Sequence record: MG592671.1
Strand: one strand, 5' to 3'
Length of the DNA stretch: 64,000 nt
The notes beneath the pieces are model-generated. The model saw nothing but the letters and a program-made list of their open reading frames with translations, did no database searches and was not told the DNA's origin. This document shows positions 1-10,451 of the stretch, piece after piece. The position numbers and the translations under genes are program-made. The first letter of the stretch is position 1. Every line of letters begins with the position of its first letter.

Positions 1-1
1 C

Positions 2-3000
2 ATACCCGCCAGCATCTTTATCCAATGGAGCTTGTGATGCAACGTAATTGTCCCATTCTCCTGGTTGCACAGGTGAACGTACCCATTCTTTAAGGATAAT
101 TTCAGAACCTGGTAGCAATTTACCCCAGTTTTCTCGGCGGTACTTTCTTGTTAGTATCTCGTTTTCTGAGTTATCATTATTACGAACCGGCTGTGTATAA
201 TCTAGGTATAATGCAGCGCTCGTGTCCCACCACACTTTACCAACATGGTCCTTACCCCAAGCAGCTGATGTTGAATCATTACTGTTGTATAGAGCAGGGT
301 CTGTTTGCATTGTATATGAAACTTCAGAGCTCGCAACGCCAGGAACAATACCACGAAGTGGATCCCAAACATTCAAGTACGTTTCAGTTTTATTTGTGCT
401 TTGATTGTATATTACTGGTCGATTAAAAGCTTTAGTATTAACAACTGGAACAGTTCTATCTTCAATAAATGTGTTTCTTTCACCATAACTACCATAATCA
501 ACACGGTACGATACTAGTGTTGGGCTATCTGTTGAGAATGTTGTTGGAGTTAACACTGCATTGACAGTGATTTCTCTAGTAACAACAATATCTTCCCAAA
601 ATTCAGACCCGGTATCAGTTCCTGGTTCTTCTCCTACTGGTATAATACCTGCTGGATCGCTAATTTTAGCTTGGTATGTTCTATTCTGATGCTTAATAAT
701 AGTCGCAGCAGATGTATTTGGATCAATCTCGTTATATTCAACTGTTGGATTCCACTTTTCACCATCATACGTGTCTTCGATCTGTGTGAAGAATCTCTCA
801 TTTGTTAACGTAACTGGTGTTGTATCTCCTTGCACGTAAAACAACTGTCCACTACGTAGGTTGTGATCATGGCTGAATATTAGTTTAGATGCAACTTGTG
901 TAGTATCTGTCTCACTTAATTGTATTGATTCAATACCAATCAATTGAATATCTAAGAATCTGTCAATTGAATATAATTCCCAGTTATTAAAGTTGTCTTT
1001 AAGAACCCAAGCCGACTGTGCTTCTGATGAATTATTTGATTCCCAAGCTTTTCTACGCTCAGAGATGACTGTAAGGTCCTCAGTGATGAAATCAGCATCA
1101 TTTAAAGTCACAGGTCCTGCACTTGGCATATCAACAGTAAAATACTCATTTGATACCATAGGAAATTCTTGATTATCACTACTACGAGTTATCCATCTAT
1201 CATCAAGTCCTCTAGTTCCATAATATGTGATAGTATCATCTTTATCACTTTCATACGTATCTGCTGAGTTAAACGCAATAATCTGCGGGTTCTGCTTCAG
1301 TTCATCCTCACGAACGATAAATTGTAGCTTTTGATTTCCACCTAACTTACCATAGTCACCAACCTTGATCGCCCACTCTTCAAGAGTTCGATAGTTATTT
1401 GTGCTTAACGTTTTAGATGTTCTAAGGATTTTATCAAAAGATTGGAACGTACCTTTCTCTTTTACAAAACCTTTATAAAAATTAACTTGGTTTTTAGGAT
1501 TAAGTATAAGCTCACTTAAATAATCGCGAGTTTGGAATCCTATCATGTGCCTAGCTAAGTTGTTTAATTGAACAGAACTAGTCGGGTCTTCATTGTCGTA
1601 ATAATGACGAAAATCATCAACAAGCTTTTCAAAACCAGGTAGTGTGTTATCATCAGTAACCATGAAACCAGGAGCTTCAAGTCTTCCGTTCCAACCATCA
1701 GTAATTACACCAACAACGCGAAGTTTGTCTTGATATAATCCGTATTGAGTGGAGTACATGATATCATTGAATATCGTTTTGTTATCGAATATTATAGTAT
1801 GTTCAAACTCTCGAATATTAAGACGTAATAACATCATTCGCTTATCAGAATCTTGGTCAACTCGAACAGTCATAACATTACCGATGCGTGTTGTATCGAT
1901 CTCGTATGGATAGATACCATCACTGTTATCATCAAGTAGTGCCCATGTACCACCACTATATTGTGTCACACTATCAATAGCCCCAAACACAGAACCAAAC
2001 TTTGCAGTTTTTGCCGCTGGTGATAAAGAAATTAAATCTCCAATAATAGGTGCAGTAAAACTCCAATCAAGAAAATCATTACTAATTGTTTCCCAGTTGA
2101 ACACTGAGCCGTTAGTTTGGATATCTTCGAAAATCCACCCTTGTGCTTCTAAGTACATACCATAACCAATCAGGAAGTCAACCACGTCTTGTCTACTTTT
2201 AAGTCTAGTGTTGTATTTTAAAATACTAGAATCACTATTCCATGTTAGGTACTTGATAAACGACTTATTGTTTGACGTAAATGAAGACTTTTTACCAGTT
2301 TTGACTGGTGTTAGGTAATTAAACTGTGAAGTTAAAGAGTCGTAACCATTAACAATGTAACCAGAACCGTCCCATGTTATAGAAACTCCTGATAACGTCT
2401 CTTGGCGTCTTACAGACGACTTATTAAGTGTTAGATGTTGGTTCTCTTGTGATACCAGACCAAAACTATCAGACACAAACGTTAAATTCTCTAGTTTACC
2501 AAAACCACCTAAACGATACGCTAGTCTAACATCAACTGAGCGAACAACATCACCGTAATATGTAGTAACATTTTTATGATCTTTGCGTAAATTATCTGAA
2601 ACCCATTGTTGGTAACCTACAACCTCATTATTTGCTTCTCCATGCACTAGTTCGTTACTATCTAATATAATTCTATCAGATCCATCACGTTTCATCCATT
2701 GGATATCACCGTCAAAGTTGAAAGTTGTAAACTCAACACTATTCCAAAAATAGTTAGACCACTCAGCCGGTCTTGCACGGTATACTGACAGTGCAGTATC
2801 AAACGATGCAAGGTTAGAGTTCATGTAGCTATACTCGTTTGGTGATACATCACTAAACTTCCAAGGTAGACCTTTATCTAGATCAGTTTCAGGCGCTGCA
2901 TCTACCAATTTCAATTTGTCATCTGCTGGAGACAGAAGCTCGCCAGTTGTTTCGTTGAATGGCATTACCAAGTAGCTTCTAGCGAAACGAGTATCTACAC

Positions 3001-5899
3001 CAGCACGATCACCTAAACGTACTGTTCCGGTAACCAAATCTCCTTGCGGACCCCATAAATTATCATCACTATAGAAAGTAATCCCATTAATAGTTTCGGA
3101 TGTATACTCATTGTCCCACCAGGCTGGCTTTTGCGTGAACCCTAGCATTTCCCACGGGCGTGTATTCGGATTAACTGTATCAAAATGATCTAAGTATATC
3201 CCTCTCCAGTTACCACGAGCTTTAAGAGTTTCTCCATTTCTACCTTTGTAAAATGTGTAGTTTGTAGTTGACCAGTTCCACGATCTCCAATCTTCAGTAA
3301 CTGATGGTGACCCTAACGTAACGTGATTGTTGGCTGCCCAATTCGCGAACCCGATATTTGCAAAATTATCCCACTCATTAACCTGGTCTCCCATAGATGA
3401 TACGTATGGAGAATAATCAGTTAATCTATTAGCACTAGGTTTAACATCAAATTCTGACAATCTAGGAATGTATGCTGAATTGGTAAAATTAGCATTAATA
3501 GAGTTATAAATCATAGTCTCTAGCGCTAAAAATATAATATCACGTCTATTAGCATTCTCAGAATCATCATTAGTATCTTGGTTAAAAGACAGTGAGTATG
3601 CACCAGTGTGTGCAATATTGTAATATCTTGTATTTTTACCATCAAAACTCATACGAACTCTAATAGAAGGTTCGAATGTAGGCAACATTCCTAAGTATTG
3701 CGGTGTTGCTGGGATGTACGTGTTGTTTAATTCAGTTGTACTAGCCATACCTGAATATGCAAACGGCATATCAGTATTTTTACCAACATTAATACGACTA
3801 ATGATATCTCGTACTAGATTTTCAGCAGTATCTATTAGAACAGTTTCTCCAGAATTGTTCACTCTTGTTAGTTGACTAGCTCTATCCATCATTTCTAACG
3901 TATTCTTGAACTTATTCTTAAAACGATTGTACTCGGTCTGAACATAAATTGCTGCGTCAACAAGATTGATATTCTCATCAACATTATGAATCATTAATGG
4001 CAGTAACGAACCTTCATTTTGGATAATAAGACGACCTTTAGACATGTCCTGTGGCGTTTCCCAGAAGTTGTTAACTCCATTAGGATTGCCACTGAATCCT
4101 TCTTGGTGTTCAATGATATCCACAAAGTGGTTAAAGAACCCACTAATAGCAATTTCAGTTACTGGTTCATTTTTGGCATTACTAGCTAAATTTAATGGAA
4201 CCTCGTATGCTCCAATATTAGTATTTGGTGTCATGAAGCGGCTATATGTCTCAATAGAGAATAAATCTTCATCAAGAATAGTAAAATCGTCAACTAGAAG
4301 CTCAATTGTCGGAACATTGTTAACTGTGGAAACATTATAAAACTCAGGGTCCAATAGAAATCCACTTTGTTCAACTCTAACATCAAACGATCCATCAACT
4401 TCGTCAGGAGACATTGCTAACTCATAGCTTGATTTATAAAATGGCTTCGCTGGATCAACCTCGCCGTTTGCATCAAGCTCATACTGAACTTCAGGACGGA
4501 ACGTTTGTTTAACATATTGTTTTGAGCTATTCTCAGCTAGTTCCCAGTCAGTTCGTAGAGTGTCAGACGCAGGCACATATGCATCGTTAATTATACGGAA
4601 AAAACGAGTATTAGTTTGCTCAGTTAAAATTCCGTTATTTCTATAATAATACGAAGTGTTTGAAATTGTATTATTAAAGATAAATTGTTGGTATGAGTCT
4701 CTGCTCACACGAAGCCCTAACGTTGAATCATATGATGCAGTTGGACTAACTTGGTATTCAAACAAAGATGAACCGGCAAATGTTGACTCAGGATATACTA
4801 CATCATCAGAAAGAGATGTAAAATTGTAATCATACAGATTGAATTGTGGATACTGATTTCTAGCTTCTTTATTTTGTGAAAGTGTCCAGTTACTAGCATC
4901 CCAATGCACTGTCTTTGTACCATATACAGTTCCTTGCAAAACGTAGAAACTATCACCAGTTACTGGTGCACCAGTAGGGTGTTCTGAGTCAGTGAAATCT
5001 GGATCCAATGTAAGAGAATATAGCTCTACTCCGTTAACAACATTAGTCACAACTCGATATACACGATTATTTTCGCCAGTATTAATGATGTTTGTGAATA
5101 AAACTTTCATTCCGTTTCGTAGAAAAACACCATCAATAATGATATTATCTGATGTTGGTCGTAGCATGATATCTTCTGGTTCAATCGTATCACACAAAAT
5201 GTTTACGTCACCACGATACACTCTACCGTGATTAAGTAGCTCGATATTACGTGTATATTGAATTATAGGTCTTGATGCTGAAACAAATCTGCCAGACTCT
5301 AACTCTGCAGGTGTGATTATCAGATCACCATTTGCATCAGTCTCGTTGATATGGTACCAGTAATTGAAACGACTCCATGCGTTGCCATCAATTGCTCCTC
5401 GCTGAGAAACGATGTAATCTGTGTCATTCAAATTAGACACATTTTGAGTATCCCAGTAGTAGTTACTAAAGTTAATAATCATATCAGGGTTAATTGCAGG
5501 AGACCATGAGTAGTATCTAGCCGTTAGAAGTCTAGACTGATTCTCTTCCTCAGACCCATAGTGACCTAGGTTATCAATAAGATCTTGATATGTTAATTTA
5601 GATAGGATATTTTCTTGATCATCCATTGACACCATAGATGGAACTAATTGATAATACTCACGCTCTTTTGAGACTTCATTAATGAAGACTTTATTGTATG
5701 CAGCTTGAGAACTTCTATCGCCTATGTAGCCATCTAGGCTCTTACGTTGTTCTGGGGTGAACCAGTACTGTATAGAATCATCAAAGAACTGCTGGATTTG
5801 CTCAATATTCTGAGCCCATTGTGGCATTTTCTTAATAGCCAACTTTTTCTGGACTTCAGTAGCAACTGTTTTTGGGGAGAAATTATAATTTTCTGCCAT
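2..5899 (-). CDS. Giant virion structural protein (baseplate wedge-like), 3'-partial, about 1966 aa in window
   Basis: Not in the ORF track because it runs off the left edge. ATG at 5899 (MAENYNFSPKTVATEVQKKL...), RBS and late promoter at 5939-5946; same frame still open at the window edge (..EWDNYVASQAPLDKDAGGY). Frame was spot-checked, not read codon by codon. Lies in baseplate cluster. Confidence 0.75.
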   Translation of the reverse strand, partial: MAENYNFSPKTVATEVQKKLAIKKMPQWAQNIEQIQQFFDDSIQYWFTPEQRKSLDGYIGDRSSQAAYNKVFINEVSKEREYYQLVPSMVSMDDQENILSKLTYQDLIDNLGHYGSEEENQSRLLTARYYSWSPAINPDMIINFSNYYWDTQNVSNLNDTDYIVSQRGAIDGNAWSRFNYWYHINETDANGDLIITPAELESGRFVSASRPIIQYTRNIELLNHGRVYRGDVNILCDTIEPEDIMLRPTSDNIIIDGVFLRNGMKVLFTNIINTGENNRVYRVVTNVVNGVELYSLTLDPDFTDSEHPTGAPVTGDSFYVLQGTVYGTKTVHWDASNWTLSQNKEARNQYPQFNLYDYNFTSLSDDVVYPESTFAGSSLFEYQVSPTASYDSTLGLRVSRDSYQQFIFNNTISNTSYYYRNNGILTEQTNTRFFRIINDAYVPASDTLRTDWELAENSSKQYVKQTFRPEVQYELDANGEVDPAKPFYKSSYELAMSPDEVDGSFDVRVEQSGFLLDPEFYNVSTVNNVPTIELLVDDFTILDEDLFSIETYSRFMTPNTNIGAYEVPLNLASNAKNEPVTEIAISGFFNHFVDIIEHQEGFSGNPNGVNNFWETPQDMSKGRLIIQNEGSLLPLMIHNVDENINLVDAAIYVQTEYNRFKNKFKNTLEMMDRASQLTRVNNSGETVLIDTAENLVRDIISRINVGKNTDMPFAYSGMASTTELNNTYIPATPQYLGMLPTFEPSIRVRMSFDGKNTRYYNIAHTGAYSLSFNQDTNDDSENANRRDIIFLALETMIYNSINANFTNSAYIPRLSEFDVKPSANRLTDYSPYVSSMGDQVNEWDNFANIGFANWAANNHVTLGSPSVTEDWRSWNWSTTNYTFYKGRNGETLKARGNWRGIYLDHFDTVNPNTRPWEMLGFTQKPAWWDNEYTSETINGITFYSDDNLWGPQGDLVTGTVRLGDRAGVDTRFARSYLVMPFNETTGELLSPADDKLKLVDAAPETDLDKGLPWKFSDVSPNEYSYMNSNLASFDTALSVYRARPAEWSNYFWNSVEFTTFNFDGDIQWMKRDGSDRIILDSNELVHGEANNEVVGYQQWVSDNLRKDHKNVTTYYGDVVRSVDVRLAYRLGGFGKLENLTFVSDSFGLVSQENQHLTLNKSSVRRQETLSGVSITWDGSGYIVNGYDSLTSQFNYLTPVKTGKKSSFTSNNKSFIKYLTWNSDSSILKYNTRLKSRQDVVDFLIGYGMYLEAQGWIFEDIQTNGSVFNWETISNDFLDWSFTAPIIGDLISLSPAAKTAKFGSVFGAIDSVTQYSGGTWALLDDNSDGIYPYEIDTTRIGNVMTVRVDQDSDKRMMLLRLNIREFEHTIIFDNKTIFNDIMYSTQYGLYQDKLRVVGVITDGWNGRLEAPGFMVTDDNTLPGFEKLVDDFRHYYDNEDPTSSVQLNNLARHMIGFQTRDYLSELILNPKNQVNFYKGFVKEKGTFQSFDKILRTSKTLSTNNYRTLEEWAIKVGDYGKLGGNQKLQFIVREDELKQNPQIIAFNSADTYESDKDDTITYYGTRGLDDRWITRSSDNQEFPMVSNEYFTVDMPSAGPVTLNDADFITEDLTVISERRKAWESNNSSEAQSAWVLKDNFNNWELYSIDRFLDIQLIGIESIQLSETDTTQVASKLIFSHDHNLRSGQLFYVQGDTTPVTLTNERFFTQIEDTYDGEKWNPTVEYNEIDPNTSAATIIKHQNRTYQAKISDPAGIIPVGEEPGTDTGSEFWEDIVVTREITVNAVLTPTTFSTDSPTLVSYRVDYGSYGERNTFIEDRTVPVVNTKAFNRPVIYNQSTNKTETYLNVWDPLRGIVPGVASSEVSYTMQTDPALYNSNDSTSAAWGKDHVGKVWWDTSAALYLDYTQPVRNNDNSENEILTRKYRRENWGKLLPGSEIILKEWVRSPVQPGEWDNYVASQAPLDKDAGGY

Positions 5900-5964
5900 T
5901 TTTGAGTCTCCAATGGTTATATTCTTTTAATATGTAGTTATTTATATTAGTTACCGATAAAAAG

Positions 5965-5986
5965 AAACCCTGCATATGCAGGGTTT
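5965..5986 (-). terminator. Rho-independent terminator after gp6-like gene
   Basis: AAACCCTGCA-TA-TGCAGGGTTT with flanking A/T tracts. Confidence 0.65.
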
Positions 5987-5990
5987 TGTG

Positions 5991-8900
5991 TTAGAATCCA
6001 ATTCTAATATTGTTTACTGTTAGTGCATCGATTATATTAACCTCATTAACACTAGCTGTGTTCACAAATACTTGATCTGGCTCTGCGCTAATCTCAAATA
6101 AAGTGCCAAACTTTGAAGAGCTATTAGACGGAACGATAACTACTGATGCTATATCAGTAACCATTTTTTGATGTATATATGCTGCTAGTTCCGTAAAGAA
6201 AAAGCTTTCGCCGAAATCCCAGTTATCAACATCAAAAAAGGTGTTAGTTAGCGATATAACTTGTTGACGAATTTCGTCATCGCTAATTGAAGATCCTTGA
6301 GCTCGCACTACGCTAAATGTTGCTTGGTAATCTTCCTCAGCACCAGCACCGAATAACGGAATATACCTTGCACTATGCCAAATAACAGTGTCACTTATAG
6401 CCTTAATATCCTCAACCTCAGTAAATGTCTCTCTTAATTCAGTAGATGTTGGAGGCGCTGGTATTGCTATTGTAGTATCGCCGGCCGCCCATGCAACAAC
6501 TTGATCATTGTATGCTGTTGTTAACACATAAATGTCATGAATGTTGGTTATAGCTGGATCTATTCTGTGATTACTTGGAGCAAAATGTTTCCATAAAAAA
6601 TGGAGACTTATGCGTCCTTCATGATGTAGAATATTATCAACCTCTGTCATATTATACGCGTCTAAAGAAGCTATATCATTATATATGGTATTCATAATAT
6701 CAATAGTTACAAGAGCATTTGTTTCATCAATTGATGATGTGATTTTATAATATTTGTAGTCTACTTCATTATCAGGAATAAATGCAAATATAGTTCCCTC
6801 GGACCCGTATACTAATTGTCGCTTGCCGTAAGTTTCAGTAGGTTCGGTGTAGTTAGAAAGAATAAAGAACTCTACTAATGAATCGTATGTAATACGTTCT
6901 GTCTCATCACGTCTAACTAGCGTGAGATCCATGTACGATTCAGTATTATCATCGTTTCTACGCCAAAACACATCCTCAGATGCACCTCCTCCTAAAATAC
7001 TTTCCATTAAGCTAGGATTTAGTGGATTATTAAACAAATCTAATGTAGGTGCAACTTTAACTCTAGTGTAATCAGTATAACCATCAATCTGATACACATT
7101 CGCAGCTATATCTAAATCAGAATCCGAGTTGTACCCTAAACCTGAGTTGAATGGATCATGATTGGAGCGAAGGATTTTTATAAGATCACTTTGTGCTAAA
7201 CCAGTGTTAATATCTGGAACATCTTCTAATTTAGTAAAGTAAAAACCAATATTATCACCGTAAAATATGTAATCTATACCTGGTGATATAAAATCCCATG
7301 TTTTTGATGTATAATTGCATAAAACTACTGGATCATATATACTCGGCTCTGAACCATAAATTTTAGCCCAATTCGCAGGGTTAAAAGTTACACTAGTAAA
7401 ATCAGCAATAGCGATGTACAACGTTGTGCCATAACGAATCATGTCGTTTGTTTCATAGGATGTATTTTCTTCCCATAATCTAATATTTGGGTTTTGTGTA
7501 GGAACAAAAGCGTTTTCCCAATTTGACTCATTGAATATTAAGCCACTAGTGAACTCAGTAATACACTCATATACAGTTCCATCAACAACTACCTTTTGTC
7601 CTTGAGTATATGTAGTTAATGGCTCCCAATTACGAATAACATTAGATCCAACAAATACCCATTTAGAAAAATCAAATGTAGTATCTCCTGCATGAGCTTG
7701 GTCACATCTCCAAAGATCAGTTCCGTATATTACGAAATCCCCTTCAGTATATGGATTAGTGGTGCTCCAGTTATCGATAACTAATGGCAGATCTTCCCAT
7801 GTGTTGGATGTCCAAGTTGCTATTTGTGATGCAGTGACTGGGATTGTGTTCCAAGTGCTACTTTCTAAATCGTAAGTTAGACCAAAGTTTTCACTTTGTT
7901 CAAGCTTAGTGATAATTCTAGCAATCTCAGTAGAATTAAAAATACTTCGTAAATCTGGAAAATACTGAATTAACTGCCAATTAGCACTGCTTACTGCGGT
8001 ACTTAAAGAATATTCACCAGTAGCTGAATCATAGCTGTTGATGCTACTCCAAACTCGTTGTGTTGAATCGTTTGTGTTTTCAAAAAGAATAACAGCTCCT
8101 GGTCCGATGACAGGAGTAAAATCAGTCACAACCGGTGAAAATTTACCATATAATCCATACGGAGTCTTTCCTGGAGTTGGCTCCCACAATACTGATTCAC
8201 TAACCTGTACTAAGTTTTTTCTGTTTAACTCAGTTGTGTTATTATTCCAATAAATTCCATCATCGCCAGTTTCTTGATAAAGAGTTTTAGTGCTAAATTC
8301 TGATATGATAGGTTGGATTTTATTAATAATCACACTTTCCCATGAATTTAATGTAGGTAATATCTCATTAGTTTGCTGTATGGCATGATCATTGTACAAT
8401 ACACCATACTCAGAGAAGACATCCACATTTTGATATTTCCCTGTAGGATCATTTATGTCGATAAAACGAGAATGACCGCTATATGTTCGGTTAACTGCTT
8501 TGGATTTTAACACGAGATTGCCTTGTTGCAATGGCCCAATGTTGTAGTCTTCACCAGTAATTAACCTATTTTGCGTATAGTAGTTTTGTGGAGCTCTAAC
8601 TCGAATTTGATCAATAGTTTCTTGCGCTTGGGCATTTTGAACTTGATATTGCAAACTAAACTGCATATCTAGACTTTTTTGAGCGTTTGGCTCACTGGCA
8701 ACTGTATACGAGTAACTAACGCTGTTATTTTGAATATCATTAGTCCTAATAGTATAGCTCAGTCCATTTGATGTTCTATACCATATACGGAATGTTCCGC
8801 GTGGAACAGTGCCACTTAGTGAATCAGGGAACCTTATTGATATCTTGTCACTATCATTAGTTATAACTGAAAATATCTTAGTAACTTGTTTATCAATACT

Positions 8901-9854
8901 ATTATACGTGATATTCTGTGTACTTGGGACTTTATTCCAATGATCAGTTACTACCCCATCACTAGCAATTTCTTGTACCCAAACATCAATTTCATTGATG
9001 TTTGCAACATCAATATCTACCGTTCTATTCTCTATTTCTAAATCAAACTCGAAATCATCAAACTTCAACGCACCTTGTTTGAACATTAAAAAGAATCCAG
9101 TATCAGGAGATGAAAAGCCATTTCCATCAGAGCGATAAATCATAAATTTGGAATTTTGCGGTTCTGGGCTACGCTCAACGAAAGCTCCTGTTGAATCAAT
9201 GTCAGGGTTTACCACTTCAAAGTTCATACTTTGCCCGTTGACATTTGCTGAGAATTTCTCTGTAATATTACTAAATGCAACAGTGTTCATCTGATACATG
9301 TGCGATGTGATTGAGCCATCTGAGAATCTCTTAACTGGATTACCGAAAGGATTAGTGTCGATAAAACAACTATTCATTACTAGAATGAATTGCTCATACC
9401 AATCTGGATTAAGAGGATCATTCCACCTAATCGGAACTCCTGATAAAGAATTGCCATTAGAATCCCTAACATCGTATGTTGTTTGTATTTGGTTTAGTTT
9501 AACTAATCCCCTGGATGGATAATTCCTACGAGGGTTATACGAAAGCATACTTGCCAAACGCAGTACAGACTCTCGTCGAGAAGCAGTGTCGATAAAGTTC
9601 TCTCTAGTGTTTAAGTCCATACGGAATGCTAAATTTTGTCCTAAGTAGCTTATTGTATCTAAGATAAAGATAAACTCGTCATTCTCTATCCAGTCATTAA
9701 ATGTATCAGGATACGTCACACGAAGATGATTGACCATACTCTCACGTATAGTATCATAGTCGTAGCTTTGCAAATCGATCTGCCTAAATGCCTGATAGAC
9801 AACAGTCCAGTCCTCAGCAGCGAACAAATTAGATTGGCGATTTTGAATTGCCAT
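5991..9854 (-). CDS. Baseplate wedge subunit (T4 gp6-like) with inserted CBM5/12-like repeats
   Basis: N-term DLQSYDYDTIRESMVNHLR...ENFIDTASRRESVLRLASMLSYNPRR and EQIRVRAPQNYYTQNRLITGEDY are gp6/baseplate J-type motifs. Confidence 0.8.
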   Translation of the reverse strand: MAIQNRQSNLFAAEDWTVVYQAFRQIDLQSYDYDTIRESMVNHLRVTYPDTFNDWIENDEFIFILDTISYLGQNLAFRMDLNTRENFIDTASRRESVLRLASMLSYNPRRNYPSRGLVKLNQIQTTYDVRDSNGNSLSGVPIRWNDPLNPDWYEQFILVMNSCFIDTNPFGNPVKRFSDGSITSHMYQMNTVAFSNITEKFSANVNGQSMNFEVVNPDIDSTGAFVERSPEPQNSKFMIYRSDGNGFSSPDTGFFLMFKQGALKFDDFEFDLEIENRTVDIDVANINEIDVWVQEIASDGVVTDHWNKVPSTQNITYNSIDKQVTKIFSVITNDSDKISIRFPDSLSGTVPRGTFRIWYRTSNGLSYTIRTNDIQNNSVSYSYTVASEPNAQKSLDMQFSLQYQVQNAQAQETIDQIRVRAPQNYYTQNRLITGEDYNIGPLQQGNLVLKSKAVNRTYSGHSRFIDINDPTGKYQNVDVFSEYGVLYNDHAIQQTNEILPTLNSWESVIINKIQPIISEFSTKTLYQETGDDGIYWNNNTTELNRKNLVQVSESVLWEPTPGKTPYGLYGKFSPVVTDFTPVIGPGAVILFENTNDSTQRVWSSINSYDSATGEYSLSTAVSSANWQLIQYFPDLRSIFNSTEIARIITKLEQSENFGLTYDLESSTWNTIPVTASQIATWTSNTWEDLPLVIDNWSTTNPYTEGDFVIYGTDLWRCDQAHAGDTTFDFSKWVFVGSNVIRNWEPLTTYTQGQKVVVDGTVYECITEFTSGLIFNESNWENAFVPTQNPNIRLWEENTSYETNDMIRYGTTLYIAIADFTSVTFNPANWAKIYGSEPSIYDPVVLCNYTSKTWDFISPGIDYIFYGDNIGFYFTKLEDVPDINTGLAQSDLIKILRSNHDPFNSGLGYNSDSDLDIAANVYQIDGYTDYTRVKVAPTLDLFNNPLNPSLMESILGGGASEDVFWRRNDDNTESYMDLTLVRRDETERITYDSLVEFFILSNYTEPTETYGKRQLVYGSEGTIFAFIPDNEVDYKYYKITSSIDETNALVTIDIMNTIYNDIASLDAYNMTEVDNILHHEGRISLHFLWKHFAPSNHRIDPAITNIHDIYVLTTAYNDQVVAWAAGDTTIAIPAPPTSTELRETFTEVEDIKAISDTVIWHSARYIPLFGAGAEEDYQATFSVVRAQGSSISDDEIRQQVISLTNTFFDVDNWDFGESFFFTELAAYIHQKMVTDIASVVIVPSNSSSKFGTLFEISAEPDQVFVNTASVNEVNIIDALTVNNIRIGF

Positions 9855-10068
9855 TATATCTCCTTATAATATCAGTCTAGTAAAATAGGACAGTAACCTA
9901 GCAACGACTGTATTTTTATTGATTTTATGATGCTTTTGCAACATCGATTTGTTAAATCAAACTCATTATGGTTGAATTGTAGATGCCTTTACTCTTATAG
10001 TAAAGGGTCTGTGTTGATACCAACCATAGTAAACTCATATTATATATTTAGTCGTGTATACATGCATG

Positions 10069-10440
10069 TTATGATTGCATATCAATCATATTTTGATTGA
10101 ATGAAATGTACAGTTCATCAACAGTATCTAAAACGAGGAAATTTAGCCGAACAACAATATTATATCCATTTGGAACTAGCTCAATAGTTATACTAACTTC
10201 CTCCACTCTAGGATCCGTTTGGATTATTCGCCTTGTATCAGTTTCTAATAAACTTTGAGTATTAGGACGCTCTAATTCAAACAGCAAATCCCATCCAATA
10301 AACCCGTAATCTTGATTCATTGCTTTCTCACCTTTACGAGTGTAAAAGTGATTTAGTAAATCTCGTTTAACAAGATCAACGTCTTGCAACGTTACAGTGT
10401 TTCCTATTGCAGGTGATGCAAATCCTCTGAAAACCGCCAT
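10069..10440 (-). CDS. Baseplate wedge protein, gp25-like
   Basis: DLVKRDLLNHFYTRKGEKAMNQDYG...IIQTDPRV, GPW/gp25 family pattern. Confidence 0.85.
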   Translation of the reverse strand: MAVFRGFASPAIGNTVTLQDVDLVKRDLLNHFYTRKGEKAMNQDYGFIGWDLLFELERPNTQSLLETDTRRIIQTDPRVEEVSITIELVPNGYNIVVRLNFLVLDTVDELYISFNQNMIDMQS

Positions 10441-10451
10441 ATAAAATCTCC

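Noticed and set aside
148-5231. Short plus-strand ORFs in the ORF track at the left edge
   Set aside because: Shadows of the giant minus-strand structural gene.
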